Shown: piece by piece, positions 7,864-15,707 of the stretch
Position numbering within the stretch: position 1 is the stretch's first letter
Layout: the number at the start of each line of letters is the position of its first letter
DNA from: Candidatus Moraniibacteriota bacterium
Lineage (GTDB): Bacteria; Patescibacteriota; Minisyncoccia; Moranbacterales; UBA1568
Length of the DNA: 42,510 nt
NCBI GenBank assembly: GCA_023261685.1
Contig: JAHFOM010000001.1
Span: 1 to 42,510, forward strand
Reading direction: 5' to 3'
Notes under the pieces: model-generated
The model's input: the letters and a program-made list of their open reading frames with translations, nothing else
Databases searched by the model: none
What the model was told of the DNA's origin: nothing
Translations under genes and position numbers: made by a program

Positions 7864-9558
7864 TTATTGAGTTTTCGGTATGACCGGTACCATCACGAAA
7901 CCATTGCTCGTGACGACGGCACCGGTCGTATCGATGATCTGTTTGGCACGATGTTTGGTACGAAGGACTTTAGCACCCTTCATAGCGTCACACCACCAAC
8001 CCCATGCCTGTGCGTTACCGCCGGCAATAAAGTCGTGATCATAGCCGACACCGACACCGCAAATGCGATGCGGATCAGCTATACCGATGCGGGCGCTCCC
8101 TGACTCAGCTCCAGGTTTTTCGAGGAAATACCCAAGCTGGATGTAAGGATTGAACCATTTGCCTTCGTACAACCATTGGCGTACGCCGGCATTGAAATAG
8201 AGATCAAGCTTGGAAAGCTCATCCGTATCTTCAATCGGTCTTCCTTGCCAGGAATGCGAAACGTCTCTGGAGAAGGGAAACATCAGCGTCCCGAACACTT
8301 GTGTTTCAGGAAACCATTTTTCCCCTGCCATCCTCCGCTTATAGTTGTTATAAGAGAGAGACGGACCAAACATCCCGAATTCCCGATCGCTTTCGTAGTC
8401 GCCCTGTGTGAACGACTCATCCAGCTTCCCGACGAGGAGTTTGACTTCGCTGTCCCACCCATAATCGGAGATATACTCATAGCCAGGTCCAATGGTCAAA
8501 AACTTACCCTTGAACTTGCCATCACCGCTGTTAACTTTACCATTCCACCACGAGTTCTGTGTGCCTATGCCGACACCGTGAGTCCCGTGTTCTCCGCGCC
8601 AGGTACAGTACACAGCCGCGGAGAAAAATGTGGAATGTGCGTCGTTGCCAGAATGCTTGGGTTGGTGCTCCTGTCCGATGACCAGTTTGGGATCAATCGG
8701 ACAACGTTTGGATTTTTCTTCCAAAACAGGTTCTACGGGTATGGGCAGAAGCAAACTGACTTCCGGTACCACAGTCGGAGCCTCGGGTTTAGGGAGAGAA
8801 ACTGGAATGACCCAATTCCCACACCACAGCACCTGAGCAATGACTTTCCCCGTAGAGAGAGTATATTGTCTGGCAGCAATCGCAGTGCCGGGTTTGAGTG
8901 TGCCCCAATCGGCCCGGACTTTGTGCCAGATCTCATTCTTTCCAAATGAGACTGACTCAAAGCGGTCACCGGACACAAACTGCGTCCAGGTGAACTGCTT
9001 CTGCGCTACGAGACCTTTGAGCTCAAGAATCTCTTGAGCCGTCAGTCCGTGCTGTTTCCACGCTGTTTCATTGTCGCCTCGGAAAGGATTGCCACCGACA
9101 ACCTTCCAAGAGCAATACCCTTGTGCGTCGCGCTGGCAGTCCTTCTTTTTCTCTAGGACCGTATTACGAGCAGTCAGCGTCAATGTCTTTGCAGAAGCAG
9201 CATTGACCGCCATTGCCACCATGATCTCCTTCTGAGGAGACAGGAGCAATACCTGCCCAACATGGATCCGATTGCAATCCGACAGATTGTTGATCCGGCA
9301 GACAGTCTGCCAACTGCGCGGAGCAATCGTGCTCAATGTTTCTCCCTTACGGACAATATGTGTATCCGTGGGAGTAGCCGGTTGCTGTTTCGCTATCGGT
9401 GATTTTTTCAAAACCACCAGCGACGAGACCTCTGTTTCCTGAGGCGGTAACTCCAATGCTGCGCTCGGCATTATTCTCCGGAGCGGTTCTGCAGACACTG
9501 TTTGGTTCAACAAAGAACCTCCCAGTAGCAGCAGAGCACAGATCAAAAACCTAAACAT
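7864..9558 (-). CDS. Secreted LysM-domain protein with a large uncharacterised C-terminal region
   Basis: 564-aa ORF with an AGGAG-type RBS. Signal peptide MFRFLICALLLLGGSLLNQTVSA. LysM-like segment HIVRKGETLSTIAPRSWQTVCRINNLSDCNRIHVGQVLLL. The remainder has no recognised domain. Confidence 0.8.
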   Translation of the reverse strand: MFRFLICALLLLGGSLLNQTVSAEPLRRIMPSAALELPPQETEVSSLVVLKKSPIAKQQPATPTDTHIVRKGETLSTIAPRSWQTVCRINNLSDCNRIHVGQVLLLSPQKEIMVAMAVNAASAKTLTLTARNTVLEKKKDCQRDAQGYCSWKVVGGNPFRGDNETAWKQHGLTAQEILELKGLVAQKQFTWTQFVSGDRFESVSFGKNEIWHKVRADWGTLKPGTAIAARQYTLSTGKVIAQVLWCGNWVIPVSLPKPEAPTVVPEVSLLLPIPVEPVLEEKSKRCPIDPKLVIGQEHQPKHSGNDAHSTFFSAAVYCTWRGEHGTHGVGIGTQNSWWNGKVNSGDGKFKGKFLTIGPGYEYISDYGWDSEVKLLVGKLDESFTQGDYESDREFGMFGPSLSYNNYKRRMAGEKWFPETQVFGTLMFPFSRDVSHSWQGRPIEDTDELSKLDLYFNAGVRQWLYEGKWFNPYIQLGYFLEKPGAESGSARIGIADPHRICGVGVGYDHDFIAGGNAQAWGWWCDAMKGAKVLRTKHRAKQIIDTTGAVVTSNGFVMVPVIPKTQ

Positions 9559-9678
9559 CTTTTTTTCTCCTTCCAGAATTTCAGGGAAGGCTCAGAAGAG
9601 ATACCAGCTGAATGAAACAGCGGATACCCCAAGCAGAACCTGGTAGGGATTGCTGTTTCAGACTGCATACGTATCTCC

Positions 9679-10524
9679 TCATTTCATACAATCTTCTTTG
9701 GTCACTACACGCACATTTTGAATGGCGGCAAAAGCCAAGCTGATTGTTACCAGTCCCGGCGAGATGGGTGCTATTCCGCAGGATACCAATCGGTCGATAG
9801 GGTTATCGACCTTGGTGAAGCGGGACGCCACAATCTTGGTGTCCGGTCGCCCGGAATACACCACGCCGTTAATCACGAAGCGTCCCGGATCAAAAAGTTT
9901 TTCCAACTCGGAAAAAAATTTTTGACCGTTGGGGTCTTTCCTATCCATCCGCACCACTTGCGTGATCCGCGATGGATGTTGTTGGAAAAATCCCGCTGGA
10001 AGCGTTTTGCTCACCGGAAGAATCATCTGTTCACCGTAGACCGTCATCAGCCACGAGGCGTCAAGCGGAATGATAACCAGATTGCTTCCGACAAAGTTTC
10101 CCTCTGAAGGTAAGAGCACAAAGAAACCGCTGAGCGATGGGTTCAGCACCGCATCAAACATTTCTATGAACTCCCCACCATCGGTATAGCGAAGCGCCCG
10201 AAAGACCACTTTCTCCAAGGGCTTCAATGCTTTTTTTTGCTTGCCGTTCTCATCGGTACCGAGAACAACCTCGTAGACACGGTGCGTGTCCACGAACTCC
10301 TCCGACCAATAGGTCGGCACAGGATCCGGTAGCGCGACATACGCCACTGACAAAGCCTGCACTTGCGATATATCCCCTTTCAGGGTCATCGTGTGCCATG
10401 GCTCCTGGCGACCGATGGGTTCTTTGGCAGTTACTTCAAATCCGGCTTTTTTTCCAATGCTTGCACATCCAGAAAGAAGCACGGCAATGAGAAGCAACGG
10501 TACGTACCAATGCTTTCTCTTCAT
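9679..10524 (-). CDS. Hypothetical lipoprotein
   Basis: The ORF track gives 9679..10620. I prefer the start at 10524, MKRKHWYVPLLLIAVLLSGCAS, which has a lipobox (LLSGC) and is preceded by AGAGGAGAAGAAG. Confidence 0.7.
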   Translation of the reverse strand: MKRKHWYVPLLLIAVLLSGCASIGKKAGFEVTAKEPIGRQEPWHTMTLKGDISQVQALSVAYVALPDPVPTYWSEEFVDTHRVYEVVLGTDENGKQKKALKPLEKVVFRALRYTDGGEFIEMFDAVLNPSLSGFFVLLPSEGNFVGSNLVIIPLDASWLMTVYGEQMILPVSKTLPAGFFQQHPSRITQVVRMDRKDPNGQKFFSELEKLFDPGRFVINGVVYSGRPDTKIVASRFTKVDNPIDRLVSCGIAPISPGLVTISLAFAAIQNVRVVTKEDCMK

Positions 10525-10676
10525 CTTCTTCTCCTCTTTGTAAGTTTTTAAAAAACTCTGAAATTCATGAGAAAGATCAGAAACACTGAACCCTCCTCGG
10601 AAGAAAGGGACTTCCTGCAATCACGCAAGCGCCCCTCTCTTCCGAGGAGGCTTTGCTGTAAAGCCTCACTCTACAC

Positions 10677-11351
10677 TTATACCTCGGTACCAAGAATATC
10701 GTTCAAATGAATGGCGTTTGCATGCATGCTTTTTTTTCGTAAAGCTTCATATCTCAGCGTGATAAAAAATCCACTAAGGAAACACCCGGAAAAAAATCCG
10801 GCGAGAATAACTTTTATCATTTCGACGAACGTCGGGTTTTGCTGATTGATCGGACCGGACATCACGCGGATCTCCACGCTCTTTTCATCACCTCCGCGAA
10901 AGAGTGAGTTTTTTTGTGTCAGCACCTCTGCTATTCCGCTGATGACTCGCGAGGCATCACGTTCACGATCGTTTTTGACGGTGATACTGATAATGCCCAG
11001 TTCCAGATTTTTTTTGACACTGACCATCTTGCTCCACGCCTTGAGACGATCTTTCTTATCAAAAGGCAAAAATTCGCTGTTCACCTTGCCCGTCTCGACA
11101 ACCGTATCGATGAAACGCTCGCTGAAGAGCGCTTCGCTCAGCACCTTGCCCAAATACTCGGATGATTTGAACTGGGTATAAAAATCCTGTCCCCCGGCAT
11201 TCGTTTGAACGATGAGGAAATCCATCTCGGATTGAAACGGCTTTTCTATCATCACCAGCGCGAAAAAACTGATCCCGGCGAGCAGAGTCCCTGAAAGGAG
11301 TATGCTGCCTGCCTTTCCCTTTATGAGGGCAAAAAATTGCTGTATTTCCAT
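10677..11351 (-). CDS. Polysaccharide co-polymerase-like (Wzz/YveK-type) protein with two terminal TM helices
   Basis: 224 aa. It has an N-terminal TM (SILLSGTLLAGISFFALVMI), a soluble middle and a C-terminal TM (VILAGFFSGCFLSGFFITL). The call rests on topology and size only. Confidence 0.5.
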   Translation of the reverse strand: MEIQQFFALIKGKAGSILLSGTLLAGISFFALVMIEKPFQSEMDFLIVQTNAGGQDFYTQFKSSEYLGKVLSEALFSERFIDTVVETGKVNSEFLPFDKKDRLKAWSKMVSVKKNLELGIISITVKNDRERDASRVISGIAEVLTQKNSLFRGGDEKSVEIRVMSGPINQQNPTFVEMIKVILAGFFSGCFLSGFFITLRYEALRKKSMHANAIHLNDILGTEV

Positions 11352-11379
11352 AGGATTCAGTAATAATTTATGACTTCAT

Positions 11380-11408
11380 ATCCTACCAAATAATAAGAAA
11401 AATGTCAA
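11380..11408 (-). promoter_or_regulatory. sigma70-type promoter TTGACA-N17-TAGGAT for 10677..11351
   Basis: The complement of 11403-11408 is TTGACA and the complement of 11380-11385 is TAGGAT. The spacer is 17 nt. Confidence 0.65.
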
Positions 11409-11423
11409 GCGCTACCCCATATT

Positions 11424-11451
11424 AAAAATCCCCCGCCAAGAGGGATTTTTT
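11424..11451. terminator. Hairpin terminator after rseP (A/T tracts on both sides)
   Basis: The sequence AAAAATCCCCCGCCAAGAGGGATTTTTT forms a stem (ATCCC/GGGAT) flanked by A5 and T6. Confidence 0.75.
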
Positions 11452-11474
11452 AGACTGACTTTTCTTGTCCGGCG

Positions 11475-12626
11475 CTAGGAGAACAGTCCGCTGATTTTTT
11501 CGAGCAGGTGAAATGTAGAGAAATCACGCACGGTGATGACGACCATCAGCAATAGGAGCAGCATAAAACCTATCTGATGGATCATTCCTTCGGTTTTCCG
11601 GCGTATCGGCGACCCTTTGAGTTTCTCGATCAGGATGAAGAGGATGCGTCCGCCATCAAGCGCCGGAATCGGCAAGATATTGATGATGGCGAGATTGATA
11701 GAGAGGAGCGCGGCAAATTGGAGAAGATAGGCGATCCCGAGATCGCTCATCTGCTTGGTGAGATAGACGATGCCGACGGGACCAGTCACATCCACCGGCG
11801 CCCCCGTCCCTGCTCCGAACAAGCCGGCAAGCATCGATCCGAAAGCGCCGAGAATTGCCAGCGTGATGTTATAGGTAGCGACCGCTCCCTGATAGATGGA
11901 TTCATACCACGGATACGACACGGTAGCCGTCTCTGAAAAAGAAATCCCGAGACTTCCCTCGTTCGCCGGGTATTCCGTCCGTGGCATACCAGAAAGAACC
12001 ATTTCTTTGCCAAGCCGATTGATACGCATCTCTAGCATCTGTCCTCTGTGATCCGTGATGATCCCACTCACCTGCTCAAGAGTAGTGATCGGTGCCCCGG
12101 CAATGGTCAAAATCTCATCGCCGAGCTGGAGCCCCATCGCTTCGGCAGGCGTGCCTTTCTTGACTTCAAGGATCTGGATCTTGACATCGGAATACGCTGC
12201 CCGCTGACTCGAATCAATCGGCTGTGGCAAACCCAAAGTGAATACCGTGGTGATCAAGAACCACGCAAACAGCATATTCATCACGACACCCGCGCCGAGC
12301 ACCTTGACTCGCACCCATGCTGATTTTCGGGCAAAGCTGTCCAGATCATCATTTTGCCCGTCTTCGCCCTTGATCCGGACAAATCCGCCGAGCGGCAGCC
12401 AATTGAAAGAGTAAATCGTCTCTTTGACCCCGCCATCTTTACTTCCCCAGATGATTTTGTAGCGTCCCGTCTCCACATTCTTCACCACACCGATCAGACG
12501 TGGCGGAAAGCCAAAACCGAATTCATCTACTTTGATACCGTTTCGTCTCGCCGCGACGAAATGCCCGAGCTCGTGGACGAACACCAAGAGACCCAAGAGA
12601 ACAATGAAAATGAGGATTGTAAGCAT
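11475..12626 (-). CDS. rseP: RIP zinc metalloprotease RseP (M50 site-2 protease)
   Basis: 383 aa. HELGHFVAARRNG (HExxH) lies in the first TM. There is a central PDZ-like segment, and a C-terminal NILPIPALDGG motif. Confidence 0.9.
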   Translation of the reverse strand: MLTILIFIVLLGLLVFVHELGHFVAARRNGIKVDEFGFGFPPRLIGVVKNVETGRYKIIWGSKDGGVKETIYSFNWLPLGGFVRIKGEDGQNDDLDSFARKSAWVRVKVLGAGVVMNMLFAWFLITTVFTLGLPQPIDSSQRAAYSDVKIQILEVKKGTPAEAMGLQLGDEILTIAGAPITTLEQVSGIITDHRGQMLEMRINRLGKEMVLSGMPRTEYPANEGSLGISFSETATVSYPWYESIYQGAVATYNITLAILGAFGSMLAGLFGAGTGAPVDVTGPVGIVYLTKQMSDLGIAYLLQFAALLSINLAIINILPIPALDGGRILFILIEKLKGSPIRRKTEGMIHQIGFMLLLLLMVVITVRDFSTFHLLEKISGLFS

Positions 12627-12630
12627 AGAG

Positions 12631-12672
12631 GTAATAAAGGATAATGGATAAGTGATAGAAGATAATTGATAA
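12631..12672 (-). repeat. Six tandem heptamers (TTATCNN) immediately upstream of the rseP start codon
   Basis: The minus strand reads TTATCAA TTATCTT CTATCAC TTATCCA TTATCCT TTATTAC. That is 42 nt with strict 7-nt periodicity, ending 4 nt before the rseP ATG. Confidence 0.7.
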
Positions 12673-12724
12673 AAGAGAGAAGTTTTTTATCCTGCATCTT
12701 TTATCATGTATCATGCATCTCTTC

Positions 12725-13282
12725 TCACACAGTGAGAATCTCTTCCTCTTTCTTTTTGCGGACGGTCTCGAGTTTTTGATTATACTCGTCCACCACCTTC
12801 TGTAGTTCATCCTTACCTAAAAACTTGTCGTCTTCGGCGATAGCGCCCGTCCGCTCCAGTTCCTGAATGTCTTTCCAGATTTCTTCGCGGAGCGTCCGAA
12901 TGACGATTCGACTGTCTTCGAGACGATGATTGAGCAATTTTACCAACTCCTTGCGCCGGTCTTCGGTCAATGCCGGAAGCATAATGCGGATATTCTGCCC
13001 ATCATTACCCGGATTGAGCCCCAAATCGGAATCACGGATGGCCGATTCGATAAACACCAGCCCGCCTTTGTCCCACGGCTGGATGAGAATCTGGCGCGCC
13101 TCAGGAATATTGATGCTCGCAATCTGCTTGAGCGGAGTCTTGACTCCGTAATAGTCCACAAGCAGATTCTCCACCAAACCGGGATTGGCGCGGCCGGTAC
13201 GAATCTTGCTCGCTTCAAGCAGAAAATGCTCCACCGCCTCATCAAAACTTGCTATTTTTTCAGCAATCAACTCTTTTATCAT
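12725..13282 (-). CDS. frr: Ribosome recycling factor
   Basis: 185 aa. The family pattern runs through the whole length: FLLEASKIRTGRANPGLVENLLVDYYG, LNPGNDGQNIRIMLPALTEDRRKELVK, and a C-terminal KEEEIL. Confidence 0.95.
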   Translation of the reverse strand: MIKELIAEKIASFDEAVEHFLLEASKIRTGRANPGLVENLLVDYYGVKTPLKQIASINIPEARQILIQPWDKGGLVFIESAIRDSDLGLNPGNDGQNIRIMLPALTEDRRKELVKLLNHRLEDSRIVIRTLREEIWKDIQELERTGAIAEDDKFLGKDELQKVVDEYNQKLETVRKKKEEEILTV

Positions 13283-13333
13283 AGGATATTTCTTAACAAT
13301 AACATTTAACGCACCCTAATAGCCAATATACTC

Positions 13334-14464
13334 CTAAAACTTACGTAACGCGAAGTAGAGTATTTCCCGATGATTCGGGTCATATTCGATGACACTCACG
13401 GTGCGATTGATTTCCAGCTGTGTCGTCGCCCATTTCGTTCCGCCATCGACAGACCGGTAGAAAGCGTTTCCGGAAGCGTAGACGATTTCATCCGAATTGG
13501 CGGGGTTGACAGCTATCGCGCGTACCGGAAATTTCTTCGAACTCTCGATGATATCCAAAGCTTCCCACGTCCTGCCGCTGTCGCGACTGCGGAAGACACC
13601 ATTCTTCGCGCCGGTATAGAGCGTGCCTGGACGAGAAACGTCGCTCGCCAAAGCCGTCATACCATCAGGTTTTTGCGAAAGAGCGTCTTTGGATGATGAA
13701 ACACTTCCCGCGTTCTGTCCCTCATAGATGCTTTCGCTTCTTTCGTTGGGCATTCTTGATGTGTATGTTTCCTCTGCCTCGACGTTCCATGTTTTTCCGC
13801 CGTCCGTTGAGATATTGACTCCCTTATCCAAAACGAGCAAGGCTATTTTTTCCGGCGCGCCTCTTTCAAACAAAATTTTTGTCACCGGTCCCTTGGCCAC
13901 TCCGATATTGTCCCACGTCGCACCGCCGTTGGTACTCTTGATAATCACTCCGGCACTGGTCCCAGCATAGAGCACGTCCGAAATGTCGGGACTCGCCCCG
14001 AGCGCGGTGATGACGGTACCCTTGCCCGGCTCGGTATAGATTTCTTTCCAATTCTTCCCTCCGTCGTCAGAGCGATACATCTTGGCTATGTCATTATACA
14101 CGCCGCTGGCATAGATCTGGTCGCTATTGTCACGACCAAAAGTCAGCCCATAGTTTTTCAGCGGCGGAAACACGAGCGGTTCCCAGCGTTCACCGCCGTC
14201 CGTTGTCTTGAAGAGTCCGCTACTGATGGTGCCGATGTAGATGGTTTCCGGATGACGCGGATCAATGACGAGCGACAGCACATCAGCTGAAGATATTTTC
14301 CGCTGCTCATCAACCGTCACTTTCGGCACGAACGTCGCCCCAGAGTCAAAGGACTTCCAGATACTCCCACCACCAGAAGCTGTCCCCACAGTCGGCAGGT
14401 TGAGACTGCACCCGGACAAGAAGAAAGCCGATACCGAAACCAGAGCTATTTTCCAAAAACGCAT
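13334..14464 (-). CDS. BNR/Asp-box repeat beta-propeller lipoprotein
   Basis: 376 aa with the lipoprotein signal VSAFFLSGCS. It has at least six Asp-box (SxDxGxTW-like) repeats: TTDGGERWE, SDDGGKNWK, STNGGATWD, STDGGKTWN, SRDSGRTWE and SVDGGTKWA. Confidence 0.8.
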   Translation of the reverse strand: MRFWKIALVSVSAFFLSGCSLNLPTVGTASGGGSIWKSFDSGATFVPKVTVDEQRKISSADVLSLVIDPRHPETIYIGTISSGLFKTTDGGERWEPLVFPPLKNYGLTFGRDNSDQIYASGVYNDIAKMYRSDDGGKNWKEIYTEPGKGTVITALGASPDISDVLYAGTSAGVIIKSTNGGATWDNIGVAKGPVTKILFERGAPEKIALLVLDKGVNISTDGGKTWNVEAEETYTSRMPNERSESIYEGQNAGSVSSSKDALSQKPDGMTALASDVSRPGTLYTGAKNGVFRSRDSGRTWEALDIIESSKKFPVRAIAVNPANSDEIVYASGNAFYRSVDGGTKWATTQLEINRTVSVIEYDPNHREILYFALRKF

Positions 14465-14539
14465 ATTTGTCTCTCAAAAGATATGCTTTTAGTATACCAC
14501 ACCTCTTCATTTTCCCCTTTGGCATTTTTCCCACTGGGG

Positions 14540-14568
14540 TTGACTTTTTCAGAGAAAAGGAGTATAAT
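14540..14568 (+). promoter_or_regulatory. sigma70-type promoter TTGACT-N17-TATAAT for 14610..14960
   Basis: TTGACT lies at 14540-14545 and TATAAT at 14563-14568, with a 17-nt spacer. Confidence 0.7.
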
Positions 14569-14609
14569 ATAAGAAAGACTTCTTTAACAACCAATCAGAG
14601 GGGTATAGA

Positions 14610-14960
14610 ATGACGTATGAAATTGATGAAGATCTTCTTAGAGAAGTTCTCTACGAAAAAGAATGGGCGGAAGCTATCATCATCAGCGATGATTCGGCTC
14701 TTAAGCGGATAATAAGTATTGTCGGTCAATGGTGGGAGGAAAACAAAAATAATAAAAAATTAGGGAAGTATGCTTTCCCTCGTAAACTCAACTCCACCGT
14801 ACGTGGCGTGCTCTACCACGCTCCAAGGAAGGCTAAAAACCGGTACAAGGATCTCACAAACGCCTATTTTCAGGCAGAGCTGGCAAACAAAAGGGTTCTG
14901 GAAAAAGCCGCCAGAAAGGTGGAAGAAGAAAAGAGACAACCCTCATTTAACTTTGGATGA
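14610..14960 (+). CDS. Hypothetical protein (116 aa, charged, no recognisable domain)
   Basis: The ORF has a GAGGGG RBS 7 nt upstream, its own promoter and its own terminator. Confidence 0.55.
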   Translation: MTYEIDEDLLREVLYEKEWAEAIIISDDSALKRIISIVGQWWEENKNNKKLGKYAFPRKLNSTVRGVLYHAPRKAKNRYKDLTNAYFQAELANKRVLEKAARKVEEEKRQPSFNFG

Positions 14961-14996
14961 TACTATCCACCATCCAAACAGAGATCAAAAATAGAA

Positions 14997-15027
14997 CGCG
15001 CGAGGAAACTTTCTCGCGCTTTTTTCT
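14997..15027 (+). terminator. Rho-independent terminator
   Basis: Stem GCGCGAG (14998-15004) pairs with CTCGCGC (15013-15019) and is followed by TTTTTTC. Confidence 0.85.
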
Positions 15028-15052
15028 TTCCTCTTGTTTTCTCAATCAACTA

Positions 15053-15084
15053 TCACTATTTATGCAATTGTGCAAAAAGTGATA
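15053..15084. repeat. Imperfect 32-bp palindrome centred on GCAATTG
   Basis: The sequence is ATCACTATTTATGCAATTGTGCAAAAAGTGAT. The outer pair ATCACT/AGTGAT and the central GCAATTG are complementary. It shares the TGCAATTG core with the perfect palindrome 24 bp downstream. Confidence 0.6.
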
Positions 15085-15107
15085 TGTTGTAAATCACTCC
15101 TCTATTT

Positions 15108-15149
15108 CAAATATTACTTTTCTTGCAATTGCAAGAAAAGTAATATTTG
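15108..15149. repeat. Perfect 42-bp palindrome
   Basis: The sequence is CAAATATTACTTTTCTTGCAA|TTGCAAGAAAAGTAATATTTG. I checked it base by base: 21+21 with no mismatch and no spacer. Confidence 0.95.
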
Positions 15150-15171
15150 GTCAAAAAGAATAAACTTTGAG

Positions 15172-15218
15172 AAAAGAAAAAGGCCAGAAGCGATATTTCG
15201 CGACTGGCTCTTTTTTTC
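15172..15218. terminator. Bidirectional hairpin terminator (serves 15238..15594 on the minus strand)
   Basis: The sequence AAAAAGGCCAGAAGCGATATTTCGCGACTGGCTCTTTTTTT forms stems GCCAG/CTGGC and GCGA/TCGC, with an A-tract before and a T-tract after. Confidence 0.7.
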
Positions 15219-15237
15219 TTCGTTAGACACGAAATTT

Positions 15238-15594
15238 TTACTCCGTACTTTTTTTGACTTCAGCTTCTACTGCTTCACAGACAACGGGAGTTTTTACGAC
15301 GAATGTTCCCGGTTGCGCCTCGCCATCCACATAGCGGACCTTGAGGTCAACTGTGACTGAGCAGTCCCTGATGCCTTTCAGCGGGATCTGCGACAGATCT
15401 GCTTTTTCAGTAATACTCTTACGAAAGATTGCCTGCGCTCCATATTCTAGAGTAGGAGGTATTAGATACAAGAGCATGCCATATACCATAAGTAGTACCG
15501 GAAACAGAGTGATAGCTTTCTCAAAAAGAGCCCACAAAAAACCACATGTGAAAAGAATAAGCCCCATTAGCAGTAACCATTCAAATACATCCAT
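15238..15594 (-). CDS. Small membrane protein (two predicted TM helices plus a soluble C-terminal part), hypothetical
   Basis: The ORF track gives 15238..15666. I prefer the start at 15594 (MDVFEWLLLMGLILFTCGFLWALF), because GGAGG lies 8 nt upstream and a promoter at 15670-15698 lies inside the longer ORF. Confidence 0.6.
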   Translation of the reverse strand: MDVFEWLLLMGLILFTCGFLWALFEKAITLFPVLLMVYGMLLYLIPPTLEYGAQAIFRKSITEKADLSQIPLKGIRDCSVTVDLKVRYVDGEAQPGTFVVKTPVVCEAVEAEVKKSTE

Positions 15595-15669
15595 CTTTCC
15601 ATCCTCCGTAAAAGCGTGCCAAGATATGATACCTCGGCTCAAGTTGAAGTTGTTAAGGCACTTCAAATG

Positions 15670-15698
15670 ATACTAGCACAAAACAGCCATCCCGTCAA
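15670..15698 (-). promoter_or_regulatory. sigma70-type promoter TTGACG-N17-TAGTAT for 15238..15594
   Basis: The complement of 15693-15698 is TTGACG and the complement of 15670-15675 is TAGTAT, with a 17-nt spacer. The -35 lies exactly 9 bp beyond the left end (15708) of repeat copy 2. Confidence 0.7.
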
Positions 15699-15707
15699 TA
15701 CCCGAAG

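Noticed and set aside
12631-12672. TTATCCA-type units as DnaA boxes, implying a replication origin.
   Set aside because: The matches are only partial (7 of 9 at best). The 7-nt tandem phasing is unlike oriC box arrangements. There is no dnaA or dnaN neighbour, no AT-rich unwinding element and no strand switch in gene orientation here.
15034-15360. A 108-aa plus-strand ORF spanning the palindrome region.
   Set aside because: It runs through two palindromes and a bidirectional terminator, and into the antisense of the 15238..15594 gene. It has no RBS, and its product is C/F/Y-rich nonsense.
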